IMG/VR virus record: IMGVR_UViG_3300025141_012285
Coordinates: 20,072 to 84,071 of that record
DNA from: a virus
Reading direction: 5' to 3' (one strand)
DNA length: 64,000 nt
Under the pieces are notes generated by a model. It did no database searches, was not told where the DNA came from, and saw only the letters and a program-made list of their open reading frames with translations. The position numbers were made by a program, and so were the translations under genes. Shown in pieces: positions 18,382-28,704 of this stretch (positions within the stretch are counted from its first letter, which is position 1; each line of letters starts with the position of its first letter).

Positions 18382-19121
18382 GGCCCAAAGTAACGATCAT
18401 TATACCATGTTATAACTCGCAAAAGTGGATAGAAGAGTGTGTCACATCCGCTCTCACACAAACCTATGAAAATGTAGAAGTGATTGTGGTCGATAATGAG
18501 AGTACGGACGAGAGCGTTAAGATATTAAAAGAAATACAAGCACATCATCCCGATCTTATTCTATCTTCGGCAGAAAACATTTACCCAAACTGTTGGGATG
18601 AAGCCCGGGCAACGGGATACCGGCTAATGACTGGGGAATATATGACGGTGATTGGTTCGGATGACTTAATGCATGCAGAATATATACAAAACTGTATGAA
18701 GATAATGCTTCAGGCGCCCAAAATTAAAGCTATTCAGAGTCCCGCCCGCGGCTTTAGTGTCAAAGAAGGCCGGAATACAGACACTGGGATGTTAACCAAC
18801 AGTTATAGCTCAATGAAACAACTAAAAGAAGAACTGTTGAAAAAATGTATTGTAAACTCCCCCTCTGTGTTCTATAAGGCTAGTTTGTATCATGACGGCC
18901 TACTTAAGACGCTTCCGGAAAAGTACGGAGGTGCCGCAGATTATGATTTATACTGTCGCTTGGTTGATGATGGAGTGTTTATATATCCTGTACCAGAGTG
19001 GCTCGGCTTCTATTATAGATGGCACGACGAGCAGGCAACGTGGAAAGTCCATAAAGAAGCCATTAACTATGATAAAATGATACAAGACTTTTGGAGAGAC
19101 AAGTGGAAAGAAAGGATTTAA
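18378..19121 (+). CDS. Glycosyltransferase family 2
   Basis: VTIIIPCYN, IVVDNESTD, GSDD, DYDLY. Confidence 0.9.
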   Translation: MRPKVTIIIPCYNSQKWIEECVTSALTQTYENVEVIVVDNESTDESVKILKEIQAHHPDLILSSAENIYPNCWDEARATGYRLMTGEYMTVIGSDDLMHAEYIQNCMKIMLQAPKIKAIQSPARGFSVKEGRNTDTGMLTNSYSSMKQLKEELLKKCIVNSPSVFYKASLYHDGLLKTLPEKYGGAADYDLYCRLVDDGVFIYPVPEWLGFYYRWHDEQATWKVHKEAINYDKMIQDFWRDKWKERI

Positions 19122-19762
19122 TAAAAAGAATATTAGACATTGCATATGAAAACAAGCTTTCCCACCTAGGAAGCTATTTTTCTAGCGTTGGCATCATCGA
19201 TGAGATTTATGCGAAGAAAGAAGAAGAAGATATATTCATTTTGTCCGCCGGCCATTGCGCTTTAGCACTATATGTAGTGTTAGAAAAGTACTTGAACCAC
19301 GACGCTAGTGTCTTATTTAAAAAACACGGTGGTCACCCTCACCGATGCGAAGAAGATGATCTCTATTGTTCCACAGGAAGTTTGGGTATGGGAATCACAG
19401 CTGCAGTAGGCAGAGCAATTGCCAATCCTGATCGCACTGTACACTGCTTGATTAGTGACGGAGAGTGTGCGGAAGGAAGTATCTGGGAAGCACTCCGATT
19501 TATTTATGAAAACAATCTGAAGAACATAAGGATATATGTTAATGTTAATGGTTATTGTGCATATGATACCGTAGATACACGCTACTTAGTCGACAGGCTA
19601 AAGGTGTTTCTTCCAAGTATCCATATCATTTACACTGAAGTGGGTGTTTTCCCATTTTTAAGAGGGCTGAACGCCCATTATCATGTTATGAGTGAAGAAG
19701 ATTATAATTCAGCAACGAAAATTTTAAAAACAAAGGAAGTAACAGATGTTCAAATCCCCTAA
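19103..19762 (+). CDS. Transketolase-like N-terminal (TPP-binding) subunit
   Basis: SHLGSYFS, LSAGH, STGSLGMG, SDGECAEGSIWEAL...NVNG. GTG at 19103 follows a GGAG RBS. Confidence 0.85.
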   Translation: MERKDLIKRILDIAYENKLSHLGSYFSSVGIIDEIYAKKEEEDIFILSAGHCALALYVVLEKYLNHDASVLFKKHGGHPHRCEEDDLYCSTGSLGMGITAAVGRAIANPDRTVHCLISDGECAEGSIWEALRFIYENNLKNIRIYVNVNGYCAYDTVDTRYLVDRLKVFLPSIHIIYTEVGVFPFLRGLNAHYHVMSEEDYNSATKILKTKEVTDVQIP

Positions 19763-20354
19763 ATCATGGTTAGCCGATGGTGCCATGGTACAAGAGATCG
19801 TTGAACGCCTCAAAGAATGTGAAGGAAACTATTTGGAGATTGGTTGCTTTGAGGGGCACACCTTGAAAAGAGTAGCCAAGGCCGTTCCCGAAAGGATATG
19901 CTATGGAATAGATCCCTTTTTGGGAGATAGGTTCGTTGCACCTGCCGAGGTAGAGAAGGAAAATACTCAGTTTATACCGATGCCGGAACAGAAACAGAAT
20001 CTTTATCAAAATATTAAAGAGCTTAACAATATATCTTTTCATGAAACCACAGCAGAGGAATTTTTATCCTCTCACGCTGATGAGGAACTATCTGGCTTAA
20101 ATATTTCTGTAGTATTCATCGATGGCTCACATCACTATGAGTATGTGAGTATAGATTGGAAACTAGCACTTAAGGTTATTGGCCCAAAGAAGGGGTGTGT
20201 GTTGTTTGATGACTTTGGGGTTGAAGATGTACGTACAGCATTTCATGAATGTGCTGCTCATCTCGAAAAAGAAGAATATGGATATGTAGCTAGTGCACCG
20301 CCGGCCACTTCTACACGCAGCGAACGCATAGCAACTATAAAGGTAAACGTATGA
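19746..20354 (+). CDS. Class I SAM methyltransferase (Methyltransf_24-like)
   Basis: YLEIGCFEG, GIDPF, VFIDGSHHYE, VLFDD. Confidence 0.85.
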   Translation: MFKSPKSWLADGAMVQEIVERLKECEGNYLEIGCFEGHTLKRVAKAVPERICYGIDPFLGDRFVAPAEVEKENTQFIPMPEQKQNLYQNIKELNNISFHETTAEEFLSSHADEELSGLNISVVFIDGSHHYEYVSIDWKLALKVIGPKKGCVLFDDFGVEDVRTAFHECAAHLEKEEYGYVASAPPATSTRSERIATIKVNV

Positions 20355-20827
20355 GGCGCGATTTTGCAGAAAGACTACACTTGGAGATGGGTGAAAACAA
20401 AGATATCTTCCTTCTAACTGGAGATCTTGGTTATGGGCTTTGGGATCGTATTCGGATCGACTATGCCGATCGCTTTTACAATGTAGGTTCGTCAGAGCAG
20501 CTGATGTTAGGCATGGCAAGCGGCCTCGCCATGGACGGTAAAATCCCGGTGGTATATTCCATCACACCGTTCGTGCTTTATCGTCCCTTTGAATTTATTA
20601 GAAACTACGTAGACCACGAAAAACTCCCTGTCAAGCTTATTGGCGGAGGCAGAGATCGAGATTATGGCTATTTGGGTTTCTCTCACTGGGCCGAAGAAGA
20701 CAAGAAGATCATGAGAAACTTTAATAATATTAAGACGATACATCCAAAAGATAGTGATGACATGAACCGAGATTTTAAATATATAATAGACAAAAAGACT
20801 CCTGTCTACATGAACCTTAAAAGATGA
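20351..20827 (+). CDS. Transketolase-like pyrimidine-binding subunit (no C-terminal domain)
   Basis: LLTGDLG, NVGSSEQLMLGMASGLA, RPFEFIR, GFSHWAEED, PVYM. Confidence 0.85.
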   Translation: MRRDFAERLHLEMGENKDIFLLTGDLGYGLWDRIRIDYADRFYNVGSSEQLMLGMASGLAMDGKIPVVYSITPFVLYRPFEFIRNYVDHEKLPVKLIGGGRDRDYGYLGFSHWAEEDKKIMRNFNNIKTIHPKDSDDMNRDFKYIIDKKTPVYMNLKR

Positions 20828-21732
20828 AAATACTTCTAACCATAAATAAAACATACCGCGGACAACCTGATAGCAGCCAGTGGTATGTGTGTGAGCCGCT
20901 CGAATCGCTCGGCCACGAGGTTGTCTTTTATGATACAGTGGCCGGCGATCCTGCCGGCAATACCTACGACCAAATTATTGAGACGTTTAAGCCTGAGCTT
21001 GTTTTTTGTATGCTTACGGGAGACAAAGCCATCGCACCCTATGAGCCGTGGAACGCGCTAATGAAAGAAACCCAAAGCGGCCGCACAAAAACATTCAATT
21101 GGTTTTGTGATGATACGTGGCGCTTTGACACCTTCTCTAAGATTGCGTGCCGTGCCTTCACAGTGTGTTCTACTCCGGAGAGAGATCACATTGAAAAATA
21201 CAAAAACGAGGGGTATGATAATATTATTGTTGGAAACTGGCACGCAAACGCCAAATATTTTACCCCCACCGCTCTGGATACACGTAAGTATGCTTTATCC
21301 TTTATTGGTGCACCCACGCCCTCTCGGAGTCAGTTTTTTAACGATAGTAAGATTCCAGTAGAGTTTTTAACAGGCCTGTCACAACAGCAGTTGTTTGAGG
21401 CTCATAGCAATAGCCAAGTGGGAATAAACCTTTCGGTTAACGACAATGACCCCGACGGAAAGACTCAAATGAAACAAAGGATTTTTGAGGTGCCGGCCGG
21501 CGCCGGCGCGCTTTTAACTCAATATCATCCCGGTATAGAAGAATATTATGACATAGGCACGGAGATACTTACTTTTAAAACCCCCCAAGAGTTTGCTGAA
21601 CAGGCAATCGCCCTAATGACCAACGAAAAAATGCTAAAAGAGGTTGCTGCAGCCGGTCACCACAGGTTTTTAAAAGATCATGATTCTAAAGTACGACTAG
21701 AAAGAGTATTGCAGGAGATTATGGCAATATGA
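20824..21732 (+). CDS. Glycosyltransferase (CgeB/Glyco_trans_1_2-like)
   Basis: WFCDDTWR, LSFIG, GINLS, KQRIFEVPAGAGALLT, FLKDH. Confidence 0.78.
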   Translation: MKILLTINKTYRGQPDSSQWYVCEPLESLGHEVVFYDTVAGDPAGNTYDQIIETFKPELVFCMLTGDKAIAPYEPWNALMKETQSGRTKTFNWFCDDTWRFDTFSKIACRAFTVCSTPERDHIEKYKNEGYDNIIVGNWHANAKYFTPTALDTRKYALSFIGAPTPSRSQFFNDSKIPVEFLTGLSQQQLFEAHSNSQVGINLSVNDNDPDGKTQMKQRIFEVPAGAGALLTQYHPGIEEYYDIGTEILTFKTPQEFAEQAIALMTNEKMLKEVAAAGHHRFLKDHDSKVRLERVLQEIMAI

Positions 21733-22574
21733 ACATTTTAATAACGGGCGCCCATGGCTTTTTAGCTAAAGAGATGAAAGATTATTATGAAGATCGAAAA
21801 GAGGTAAAGTTGTTTCTTACCGATCGTACGACTCTCAACCCTACTGATTTCTTAGATGTACAGAAATTTTTTAACGAAAACAAAGTTGATGTCGTTATCC
21901 ACGCGGCCGTCCGCGGAGGAAAGAGAAATCACAAAGAACATGTAGAAGACATCTTCGATAATGTTAGTATGTTCCAGAATCTGGCATATTTTTCTGATAA
22001 GTTCAAATATATGTTCCATTTTGGATCCGGCGCCGAGTTTAATCGCACACTTCCTATTGATAATGCAAAAGAAACATCTGTTAATATCTCACTTCCCCCT
22101 GATTACTATGGACTAACAAAGAATATTATTGCTAGAAAGATAGTAAAAATGAATAGCAATATCTATAACTTACGTTTATTTGGATGTTTTGGAAGGCATG
22201 AAGAGTCTCAAAGATTATTTCGCTCATGTTATGATAAGCTTCGGCTTAATAAAGAGCCGACCATCTCTTATGACAAATATATGGATTATTTTTATGCTCA
22301 AGATGTAGGACGAGTGATCGATTTTATTATTCACGCCGATCACACTGTTCTCCCAAGAGATATTAATCTCTGTTATCCCGAGAAATATACCCTAAGTGAA
22401 CATGTGGAAAGAATTAAACAATTGACAAAAGCAGAATCGCAGGTTATAATAGACCACGAAGAGTTAGGTAAGCCGTATACGGGTGAATCAATGACACTTG
22501 ACTCATTAAATATTGACTTGATAGGTTTAGACAAAGGAGTAGACGAATGTCTGAAAAGTTGGAGCAAATCCTAG
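21729..22574 (+). CDS. NAD-dependent epimerase/dehydratase/reductase (SDR)
   Basis: ILITGAHGFLA, FGSGAEF, YGLTK, RLFGCFG. Confidence 0.85.
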   Translation: MNILITGAHGFLAKEMKDYYEDRKEVKLFLTDRTTLNPTDFLDVQKFFNENKVDVVIHAAVRGGKRNHKEHVEDIFDNVSMFQNLAYFSDKFKYMFHFGSGAEFNRTLPIDNAKETSVNISLPPDYYGLTKNIIARKIVKMNSNIYNLRLFGCFGRHEESQRLFRSCYDKLRLNKEPTISYDKYMDYFYAQDVGRVIDFIIHADHTVLPRDINLCYPEKYTLSEHVERIKQLTKAESQVIIDHEELGKPYTGESMTLDSLNIDLIGLDKGVDECLKSWSKS

Positions 22575-23884
22575 GACTAGTTTCCGAGTACATTACCGAA
22601 AAGCAGGAAAATGAAATATGGACACCCGGAGAAGACTGGATAGCCTATTCGGGCCCCATTTTCGATGAAAATGAATATCTTGTAGCTGTAAAGCAAATAC
22701 TTGACGGTTGGATGATTTTTGGCAAAAACGCTCGCGAATTCGAGAAAAGGTTCCCCTCAAAACTAGGAAAGCTTTATGGCTCTCTTACTAACTCTGGAAG
22801 CTCGGCTAACCTATTGATGGTCGCTGCCACAAAGTCGCGACGTTTTGATAGACAGCTGAAAGATGGAGACAAAGTGATTACCCCAGTTGTTTGCTTTCCC
22901 ACAACTATCAATCCTTTGATTCAGCATAATTTGGTACCAGTTTTTGTAGATGTTGAGCTTCCAAGTATTAACTTAGATTTAGACAAAGTAGAAGAGGCTC
23001 TAGAAGCAGACCCTGAAATTAAGGGGATCATGTTCGCCCACGTACTCGGCAATCCGCCCGATATGGACAGATTGATGGCGCTTGTCGAAAAATACAATCT
23101 TGTGTTTTTGGAAGATGCATGCGATGCGTTGGGTTCTTATTATGATGGCAAGAAGCTTGGCTCCTACGGAGACATGTCAACATGCTCTTTCTTTCCCGCT
23201 CACCATATGACAATGGGAGAGGGAGGATTCATTGCAACTAACAGTCTCAAAACCCGCACTATCCTTGCCAGCATTCGCGATTGGGGCCGTGCGTGTTACT
23301 GTAATACCATGAAGCCGGGCAATGTCACAAGTGAAACCGCATGTGGAAACAGATTTAAAAACTGGCTCCCGGGCCTCAAAGATGCGGTGTACGACCACCG
23401 CTATGTCTTCGATGAAATAGGATACAATCTCAAGCCTCTAGATTTACAGGCCGCAATGGGCCTACAACAGCTCGACAAGCTTCCGATGCTAGATAGTGCC
23501 CGCCGAGAGAACTGGGCCAAGCTAAGGGCTATATTTGAGCCTTATCAACAATATTTCCATATGCCGGTTGCTACGGAGAAGGCGGACCCTTGTTGGTTTG
23601 CATTTCTATTAACAATCAACGAAGATGCTCCTTTCTCTCGTTCGGATATAGTAAACCATCTTGAGGGCCTTAAAATTCAAACACGCTCGTACTTCTCGGG
23701 CAATATTTTGGCCCACCCGGGCTACGTGCATCTGGCGGAAGAATACGGTGATATGTACGAAGCATTCCCTAACGCCCAGTTGATTACCACAAACTCCTTC
23801 TTTTTGGGAACCTATGTGGGACTCACAGATGAAAAACTTGAATACATCAAAGAAGCAGTCGATGGTTTCTTTGGGGATCTTTAA
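22547..23884 (+). CDS. rfbH: NDP-4-keto-6-deoxyglucose 3-dehydratase (RfbH/DdhC/E1)
   Basis: TNSGSSANL, FPTTINP, HVLGNP, EDACDALG, SFFPAHHMTMGEGG (His in place of the DegT Lys), DWGRACYC...CGNRF Fe-S ligands, YDHRY, GYNLK. Confidence 0.9.
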   Translation: MSEKLEQILGLVSEYITEKQENEIWTPGEDWIAYSGPIFDENEYLVAVKQILDGWMIFGKNAREFEKRFPSKLGKLYGSLTNSGSSANLLMVAATKSRRFDRQLKDGDKVITPVVCFPTTINPLIQHNLVPVFVDVELPSINLDLDKVEEALEADPEIKGIMFAHVLGNPPDMDRLMALVEKYNLVFLEDACDALGSYYDGKKLGSYGDMSTCSFFPAHHMTMGEGGFIATNSLKTRTILASIRDWGRACYCNTMKPGNVTSETACGNRFKNWLPGLKDAVYDHRYVFDEIGYNLKPLDLQAAMGLQQLDKLPMLDSARRENWAKLRAIFEPYQQYFHMPVATEKADPCWFAFLLTINEDAPFSRSDIVNHLEGLKIQTRSYFSGNILAHPGYVHLAEEYGDMYEAFPNAQLITTNSFFLGTYVGLTDEKLEYIKEAVDGFFGDL

Positions 23885-24834
23885 TGAAGCTTGTATATAT
23901 TACCGGCTGTTTGGGTTTCATTGGCTCTTATGTAACGCGCCGCTGTTTAGAAAGAGGCTGGAAAGTATATGGAGTTGATAAGTGCACATATGTTGCTAAT
24001 GAAGCTTTATTAAAAGAGTTCAATGATAGCTCCAATTTCACCTTTATAAAAGAGGATATCAAGGATCTTCAACACTTGTATGATTGTGACTATGTTATTA
24101 ACACGGCTGCAGAGTCTCATGTGGGAAATAGTATTATCGATTCCCAAGAGTTTATAAACAGTAACATCATGGGGGTTCGTAATCTTTTAGATTTGATAAG
24201 AAACAAGCCCGTTAACTGCAACCGCCGGCCGATCTTTTTTCATTTTAGCACCGACGAAGTTTACGGAGACATTGTTAAAGGAGAACACATAGAAACGGAC
24301 CTACTTCATCCGAGCAATCCATATTCAGCCGCAAAGGCCGCTGCAGACATGCTTGTTCTCGCATGGGCTAGAACCTATGATATCGAGTACATTCTTTTAA
24401 GACCCACCAACAATTATGGGATAGGTCAGTATCCTGAAAAGCTAATCCCATTGTCTGTTAAAAACCTGCAACGTGGTAAAAAGATAAGATTACATAATGC
24501 CGGCACACCGGTTCGCAACTGGTTGCACGCCGATGACACAGCCCGCGCCGTGATGACAATAATGGATTCCCAAAAAACTAATGAAATTTATAATGTTGCC
24601 GGCGGTTTTGAACAGAAAAACATAGATACCGTGATGAAGATCATGGAGGCGTTCTTTGGACACAGCTATTGTTGGGAAGACCATGTCGATTTTTCATATG
24701 AAAGAGAAGGTCAAGATGTTAGGTATGCTTTGAACGATGATAAGTTACGCGCCCTTGGTTGGAAGCCAGAGCACATCTTCGACGAAGAGATTGACTCCAC
24801 CGTACAATACTATAAGGAGAACTTCATATGGTAA
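23884..24834 (+). CDS. rmlB: dTDP-glucose 4,6-dehydratase-like
   Basis: TGCLGFIG, AAESHV, STDEVYG, PSNPYSAAKA, NNYG..QYPEKLIP, RNWLHA, GQDVRYA. Confidence 0.88.
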   Translation: MKLVYITGCLGFIGSYVTRRCLERGWKVYGVDKCTYVANEALLKEFNDSSNFTFIKEDIKDLQHLYDCDYVINTAAESHVGNSIIDSQEFINSNIMGVRNLLDLIRNKPVNCNRRPIFFHFSTDEVYGDIVKGEHIETDLLHPSNPYSAAKAAADMLVLAWARTYDIEYILLRPTNNYGIGQYPEKLIPLSVKNLQRGKKIRLHNAGTPVRNWLHADDTARAVMTIMDSQKTNEIYNVAGGFEQKNIDTVMKIMEAFFGHSYCWEDHVDFSYEREGQDVRYALNDDKLRALGWKPEHIFDEEIDSTVQYYKENFIW

Positions 24835-25748
24835 TGCATAAGACTGTACTTGTTACAGGTGGTAGCGGCTTTGTTGGACGCAGATTGGCGCTACAACAGC
24901 CCTATTGGACATATCTCTCTTCAAAAGATTGTGATTTGACCGATTCTACACAAGTGAGAGAACTATACAATGATTTGAAGCCAGATGCGGTCTTACATTT
25001 AGCCGCCCGAGTGGGAGGCATCAAAGACAATATAGAAAATCAAGCAGATTTCTTTCATATTAACACTATGATGAATACAAATGTGGTTCATGAGGCCTAC
25101 AAGGCTGGTATTGAACGTGTTTTGTCTACGTTGAGCACATGTGCTTTCCCGGAGAAGATGGAGATCTTCCCTTTTACTGAGAGCAGCTTCTATGACGGAC
25201 CTCCTGCTAAAACAAATTTTTCTTATGGGATGACTAAAAGAATGCTGCATGTCGCGTCATGCGCATATAGAAACCAATATGGATTAAACTATTCTACGTT
25301 TTGCCCTTCTAATATTTACGGACCCGAAGATTACTTTGGTGCCGAAGCTTCCCACTTTGTAGCAGCCCTCGTTCACAAGACGTGGAAGGCAAAGCCCGGA
25401 GAGGCCATAGAACTATGGGGTTCGGGGATTCCTCTTAGACAACAACTGTATGTTGATGATTTATGCAAAATAATACCTGTTCTGTTGCAAAACCACAATA
25501 GTGACATGCCGGTTATTGTTGCACCCCCCGAGAACCTTTCGATTCTTGAACTAACGAGAACTTTAACTAAACAAATTGATAAAAATGTGAGATTATCATT
25601 TAATGGGAAGCTAGATGGTCAGTTTAGAAAGGATGGCTCAAATCAACAACTTACACATTTGATTGGGCCTTTTAAATTCACATCGTTCGAGGAAGGAATA
25701 ATGAAAACATATAAATGGTATACGGAGAACCAACAACATGAACAATAA
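24828..25748 (+). CDS. fcl: GDP-L-fucose synthase-like epimerase/reductase
   Basis: [43 protein letters not shown]. Confidence 0.85.
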   Translation: MVMHKTVLVTGGSGFVGRRLALQQPYWTYLSSKDCDLTDSTQVRELYNDLKPDAVLHLAARVGGIKDNIENQADFFHINTMMNTNVVHEAYKAGIERVLSTLSTCAFPEKMEIFPFTESSFYDGPPAKTNFSYGMTKRMLHVASCAYRNQYGLNYSTFCPSNIYGPEDYFGAEASHFVAALVHKTWKAKPGEAIELWGSGIPLRQQLYVDDLCKIIPVLLQNHNSDMPVIVAPPENLSILELTRTLTKQIDKNVRLSFNGKLDGQFRKDGSNQQLTHLIGPFKFTSFEEGIMKTYKWYTENQQHEQ

Positions 25749-26727
25749 GCAAAAAACAGCACTAGTGACAGGGGCCACAGGTCAGGATGGCTCCTATTTA
25801 GTGGATCTGTTGTTGGATAAAGGCTACAATGTTGTTGCCTTGAAGCGACGCACATCTTTGATTAGTACCGATCGCATCGATCATATCTTTAATGATGCTG
25901 ACAAAATATTAAACTTCTCGTTAGTATATGGAAACATGATTGACTCAGGGAACCTCCATCGGTTATTATTGGAATACCAACCTGATGAGATCTATAACCT
26001 AGCAGCACAATCGCATGTTAGGGTGTCCTTTGATACCCCAGAAGAAACAGCCGATATCGTAGCTATGGGCACTTTGCGATTGCTTGAAGCAGTCAGAAAT
26101 ATCTGCCCAAGCGCGCACGTATACCAAGCGTCATCTTCTGAAATGTTCGGAGATAACCCAGAGAACCCCCAGTCAGAAACCACGCGACTTATGCCGGCTA
26201 GCCCCTATGCTTGTTCGAAAGTCTTCGCACACAATCTGTGTCGGAACTATCGAGAAGGATACGGAATGCATATTTCCAGTGGTATTCTTTTCAATCATGA
26301 GTCTCCCCGCCGCGGCGAAACTTTTGTTACACGCAAGATTACGAAGGCCGCGGCCAATATTCGATTAGGGCGCCAAGAGAAGTTATTCTTAGGCAATCTT
26401 GAAGCTAAACGAGATTGGGGATTTGCCGGCGATTACGTCGACGCAATGTGGCTGATGCTACAACAAGAGATCCCAGATGATTATGTTATTGCTACAGGCG
26501 AGACACACACGGTAAAAGAATTTCTACACGAGGTGTTTAATTACGCCGGCCTAGATGTTGATAAACACGTAGAAATAGATGAAAGACTTTTCCGCCCCCA
26601 TGAGGTTCCGTTGTTGTTGGGCGATCCCACCAAAGCAAAAGAAAAGCTCGGCTGGGAGCCACGTATTAAGTTCAAGGAACTCGCCCACATGATGTATGAC
26701 GAGGATTTAAAAGCCATTGCAAAATAA
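25738..26727 (+). CDS. gmd: GDP-mannose 4,6-dehydratase
   Basis: [65 protein letters not shown]. Confidence 0.95.
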   Translation: MNNKQKTALVTGATGQDGSYLVDLLLDKGYNVVALKRRTSLISTDRIDHIFNDADKILNFSLVYGNMIDSGNLHRLLLEYQPDEIYNLAAQSHVRVSFDTPEETADIVAMGTLRLLEAVRNICPSAHVYQASSSEMFGDNPENPQSETTRLMPASPYACSKVFAHNLCRNYREGYGMHISSGILFNHESPRRGETFVTRKITKAAANIRLGRQEKLFLGNLEAKRDWGFAGDYVDAMWLMLQQEIPDDYVIATGETHTVKEFLHEVFNYAGLDVDKHVEIDERLFRPHEVPLLLGDPTKAKEKLGWEPRIKFKELAHMMYDEDLKAIAK

Positions 26728-26953
26728 AACGCATCCCATAGAAGTGGGCCATATCGTAAAATGGTGGACGCATTATAACGATGATATAGTTCACGAGGCC
26801 GGCCAAGGTCTTGTTTTGAACATCAACGAAATGGAATATCAATCAGTTGCTAGAGACAGTGTAGTCAAGTATAAAAACTTTGACGTATACAGATTTAAAT
26901 TTAATGATATAATGTCTATAAATCAACAACATATAGAATTTTTAAAGGAGTAA
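26717..26953 (+). CDS. Hypothetical protein
   Basis: 78-aa ORF filling the gap after gmd. Confidence 0.45.
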   Translation: MQNKTHPIEVGHIVKWWTHYNDDIVHEAGQGLVLNINEMEYQSVARDSVVKYKNFDVYRFKFNDIMSINQQHIEFLKE

Positions 26954-26955
26954 AA

Positions 26956-27162
26956 ATGCAGTTATCAAATCAAGCACTCGGGGCCATTATGATGGCACTA
27001 CAAGAGTCACTATTAAATGAGTTGGATATCGTCCCTATTTTGAGCGGCTTTGAACTAACGGCTACAGATAAGGGCCTCGTGGTTAATAACCCACCCAGTG
27101 TACGTTTTAGTGATGAATCAGAAATCACCCCCGCAGATTTAGAAAAGCTAGTGGTCCGGTAA
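26956..27162 (+). CDS. Hypothetical protein
   Basis: 68 aa with an AAGGAG RBS. Confidence 0.6.
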   Translation: MQLSNQALGAIMMALQESLLNELDIVPILSGFELTATDKGLVVNNPPSVRFSDESEITPADLEKLVVR

Positions 27163-27425
27163 TGCCCATCTTTGCTTATCATTGTGAAAGCTGTGATGAA
27201 ACTACCAAGGTTATGCATCTTATCGGAGAAGACCCGTTGGCTTGTCCAAAATGCGAAAGCATCGACACTCTGGTAAAATTGCTTAACAAACCCTTTGTTA
27301 CAAAAAACAAAGGCGTAACGTCCTCCCAAACGGGAGAATTGACTAAGAAATTTATTGAGGAAAATAGAAAAATCTTAGAACAACAAAAGAAAGAAGTGAA
27401 GGAAAGAAGCCATGACGACTCTTGA
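27162..27425 (+). CDS. FmdB-family zinc-ribbon protein
   Basis: MPIFAYHCESC...CPKCES. Confidence 0.8.
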   Translation: MPIFAYHCESCDETTKVMHLIGEDPLACPKCESIDTLVKLLNKPFVTKNKGVTSSQTGELTKKFIEENRKILEQQKKEVKERSHDDS

Positions 27426-27741
27426 AATAATCCTTTTAGTAATACTTTTAGTATCAGCCGTGCTTAATATTGGTCTTATATATTATGTTCGCACTGCAAT
27501 AATTCGTCTTTTAAGCATTTCGGAAGAAATGTACGATTTTAAGGAAATGGTAGATTCATTTGCCACTCATATTGAAAACGTATATGAACTGGAAATGTTT
27601 TACGGCGATGAGACGTTAGGCGCTCTTATGGAGCATGCCCGATCTTTCAACGAACAGTTGGAGACATTTGAATATATTTACGGATTAATAGAGGAAGATG
27701 CCGAACCAGAACCCGACAGCGCCGAAGACGAAGCGCCGTAA
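27412..27741 (+). CDS. N-terminally membrane-anchored protein
   Basis: Hydrophobic helix IILLVILLVSAVLNIGLIYYV followed by an acidic helical region. Confidence 0.65.
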   Translation: MTTLEIILLVILLVSAVLNIGLIYYVRTAIIRLLSISEEMYDFKEMVDSFATHIENVYELEMFYGDETLGALMEHARSFNEQLETFEYIYGLIEEDAEPEPDSAEDEAP

Positions 27742-28408
27742 GAAAAATCATTATTTTACCAAAGATCACGAAAATGCGATCATACGCTACTGCATAACTA
27801 ATTGCACACGCGAGCGCACTGATCTCTACATTAAGTGGATAGAGCCAGCATTTAATGAAATGGTGGATAAGATTGTTTTTACGTATAAGTTTACTAACTT
27901 ACCCAACATAGATTCTCTCAGAGACGAATGTAAAATTTGGCTCATGACAATCTTGGACAAATATGATCCCAATAAGGGTTCAAAGGCCTTTTCTTATTTT
28001 AGTGTTATCACTAAAAACTGGTTTATTCACAAAGTAAAGAGGCAGCAGAGAAAGAATAGAACAGAAGTTAACTTTGATAATTTAGCTAAGAATTATGAAG
28101 AACGCTACTTATCAACCACTGAGTCATATCTTAGCGAAAGAGAGGAGAATGAATTTTGGCTTTTGTTTTATAAAGAATTAAAATCATGGGACACTACGCA
28201 GATGAAGGAAAACGATCTGAAGGTATATCAGGCGATTTGTGTTCTTTTCGATTCTAAAGATGAAATTCAAATTTTTAATAAAAAGGCTATTTATTTATAC
28301 CTTCGCGAGATTACCGGTTTAAACACTAAACAAATCGTTAACTCTCTGAAAAAGTTTAAAAAGAAGTATTACTTCTTCACACAAAATTGGAATAATGGCG
28401 CGCTATGA
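27698..28408 (+). CDS. Phage sigma-factor-like protein (T4 gp55-like late sigma)
   Basis: KKNHYF N-terminus and region-2-like LDKYDPNKGSKAFSYFSVITKNWF, placed just before the structural module. Confidence 0.7.
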   Translation: MPNQNPTAPKTKRRKKNHYFTKDHENAIIRYCITNCTRERTDLYIKWIEPAFNEMVDKIVFTYKFTNLPNIDSLRDECKIWLMTILDKYDPNKGSKAFSYFSVITKNWFIHKVKRQQRKNRTEVNFDNLAKNYEERYLSTTESYLSEREENEFWLLFYKELKSWDTTQMKENDLKVYQAICVLFDSKDEIQIFNKKAIYLYLREITGLNTKQIVNSLKKFKKKYYFFTQNWNNGAL

Positions 28409-28704
28409 GTAAAAACGATCTGGATTCATTGATTAACGAGGCCTTGGATAACATCCGCGGCGATCGCAAAGCTGCGCGTGAGTTTCTGAACGAGATAGCA
28501 AACTGCATCGTAGCAGCCCCCGAACAGAATAAGTATCTTAGCCCGGTTGCGGCAAAACATATAGAAACCCTGCAGCGCTCCAATGAGCAACTAGTGAAGA
28601 TTATTTCTATCCAAAAGAAAGACCATGAAACATCTTTTGAGCTTAGTGACGAAGATAAGGACAGTATTTTCAACCTCATTCAAGGAGAACCGGCCGATGG
28701 CTAA
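28405..28704 (+). CDS. Hypothetical helical protein
   Basis: 99 aa, ATGA overlap with the sigma gene. Confidence 0.6.
   Translation: MSKNDLDSLINEALDNIRGDRKAAREFLNEIANCIVAAPEQNKYLSPVAAKHIETLQRSNEQLVKIISIQKKDHETSFELSDEDKDSIFNLIQGEPADG

Noticed and set aside
9064-26727. Bacterial chromosomal origin (isc operon plus O-antigen locus)
   Set aside because: No iscS/hscAB, flippase, polymerase or ABC exporter, and the block is contiguous and co-oriented with gp55-, gp25- and gp6-like phage genes
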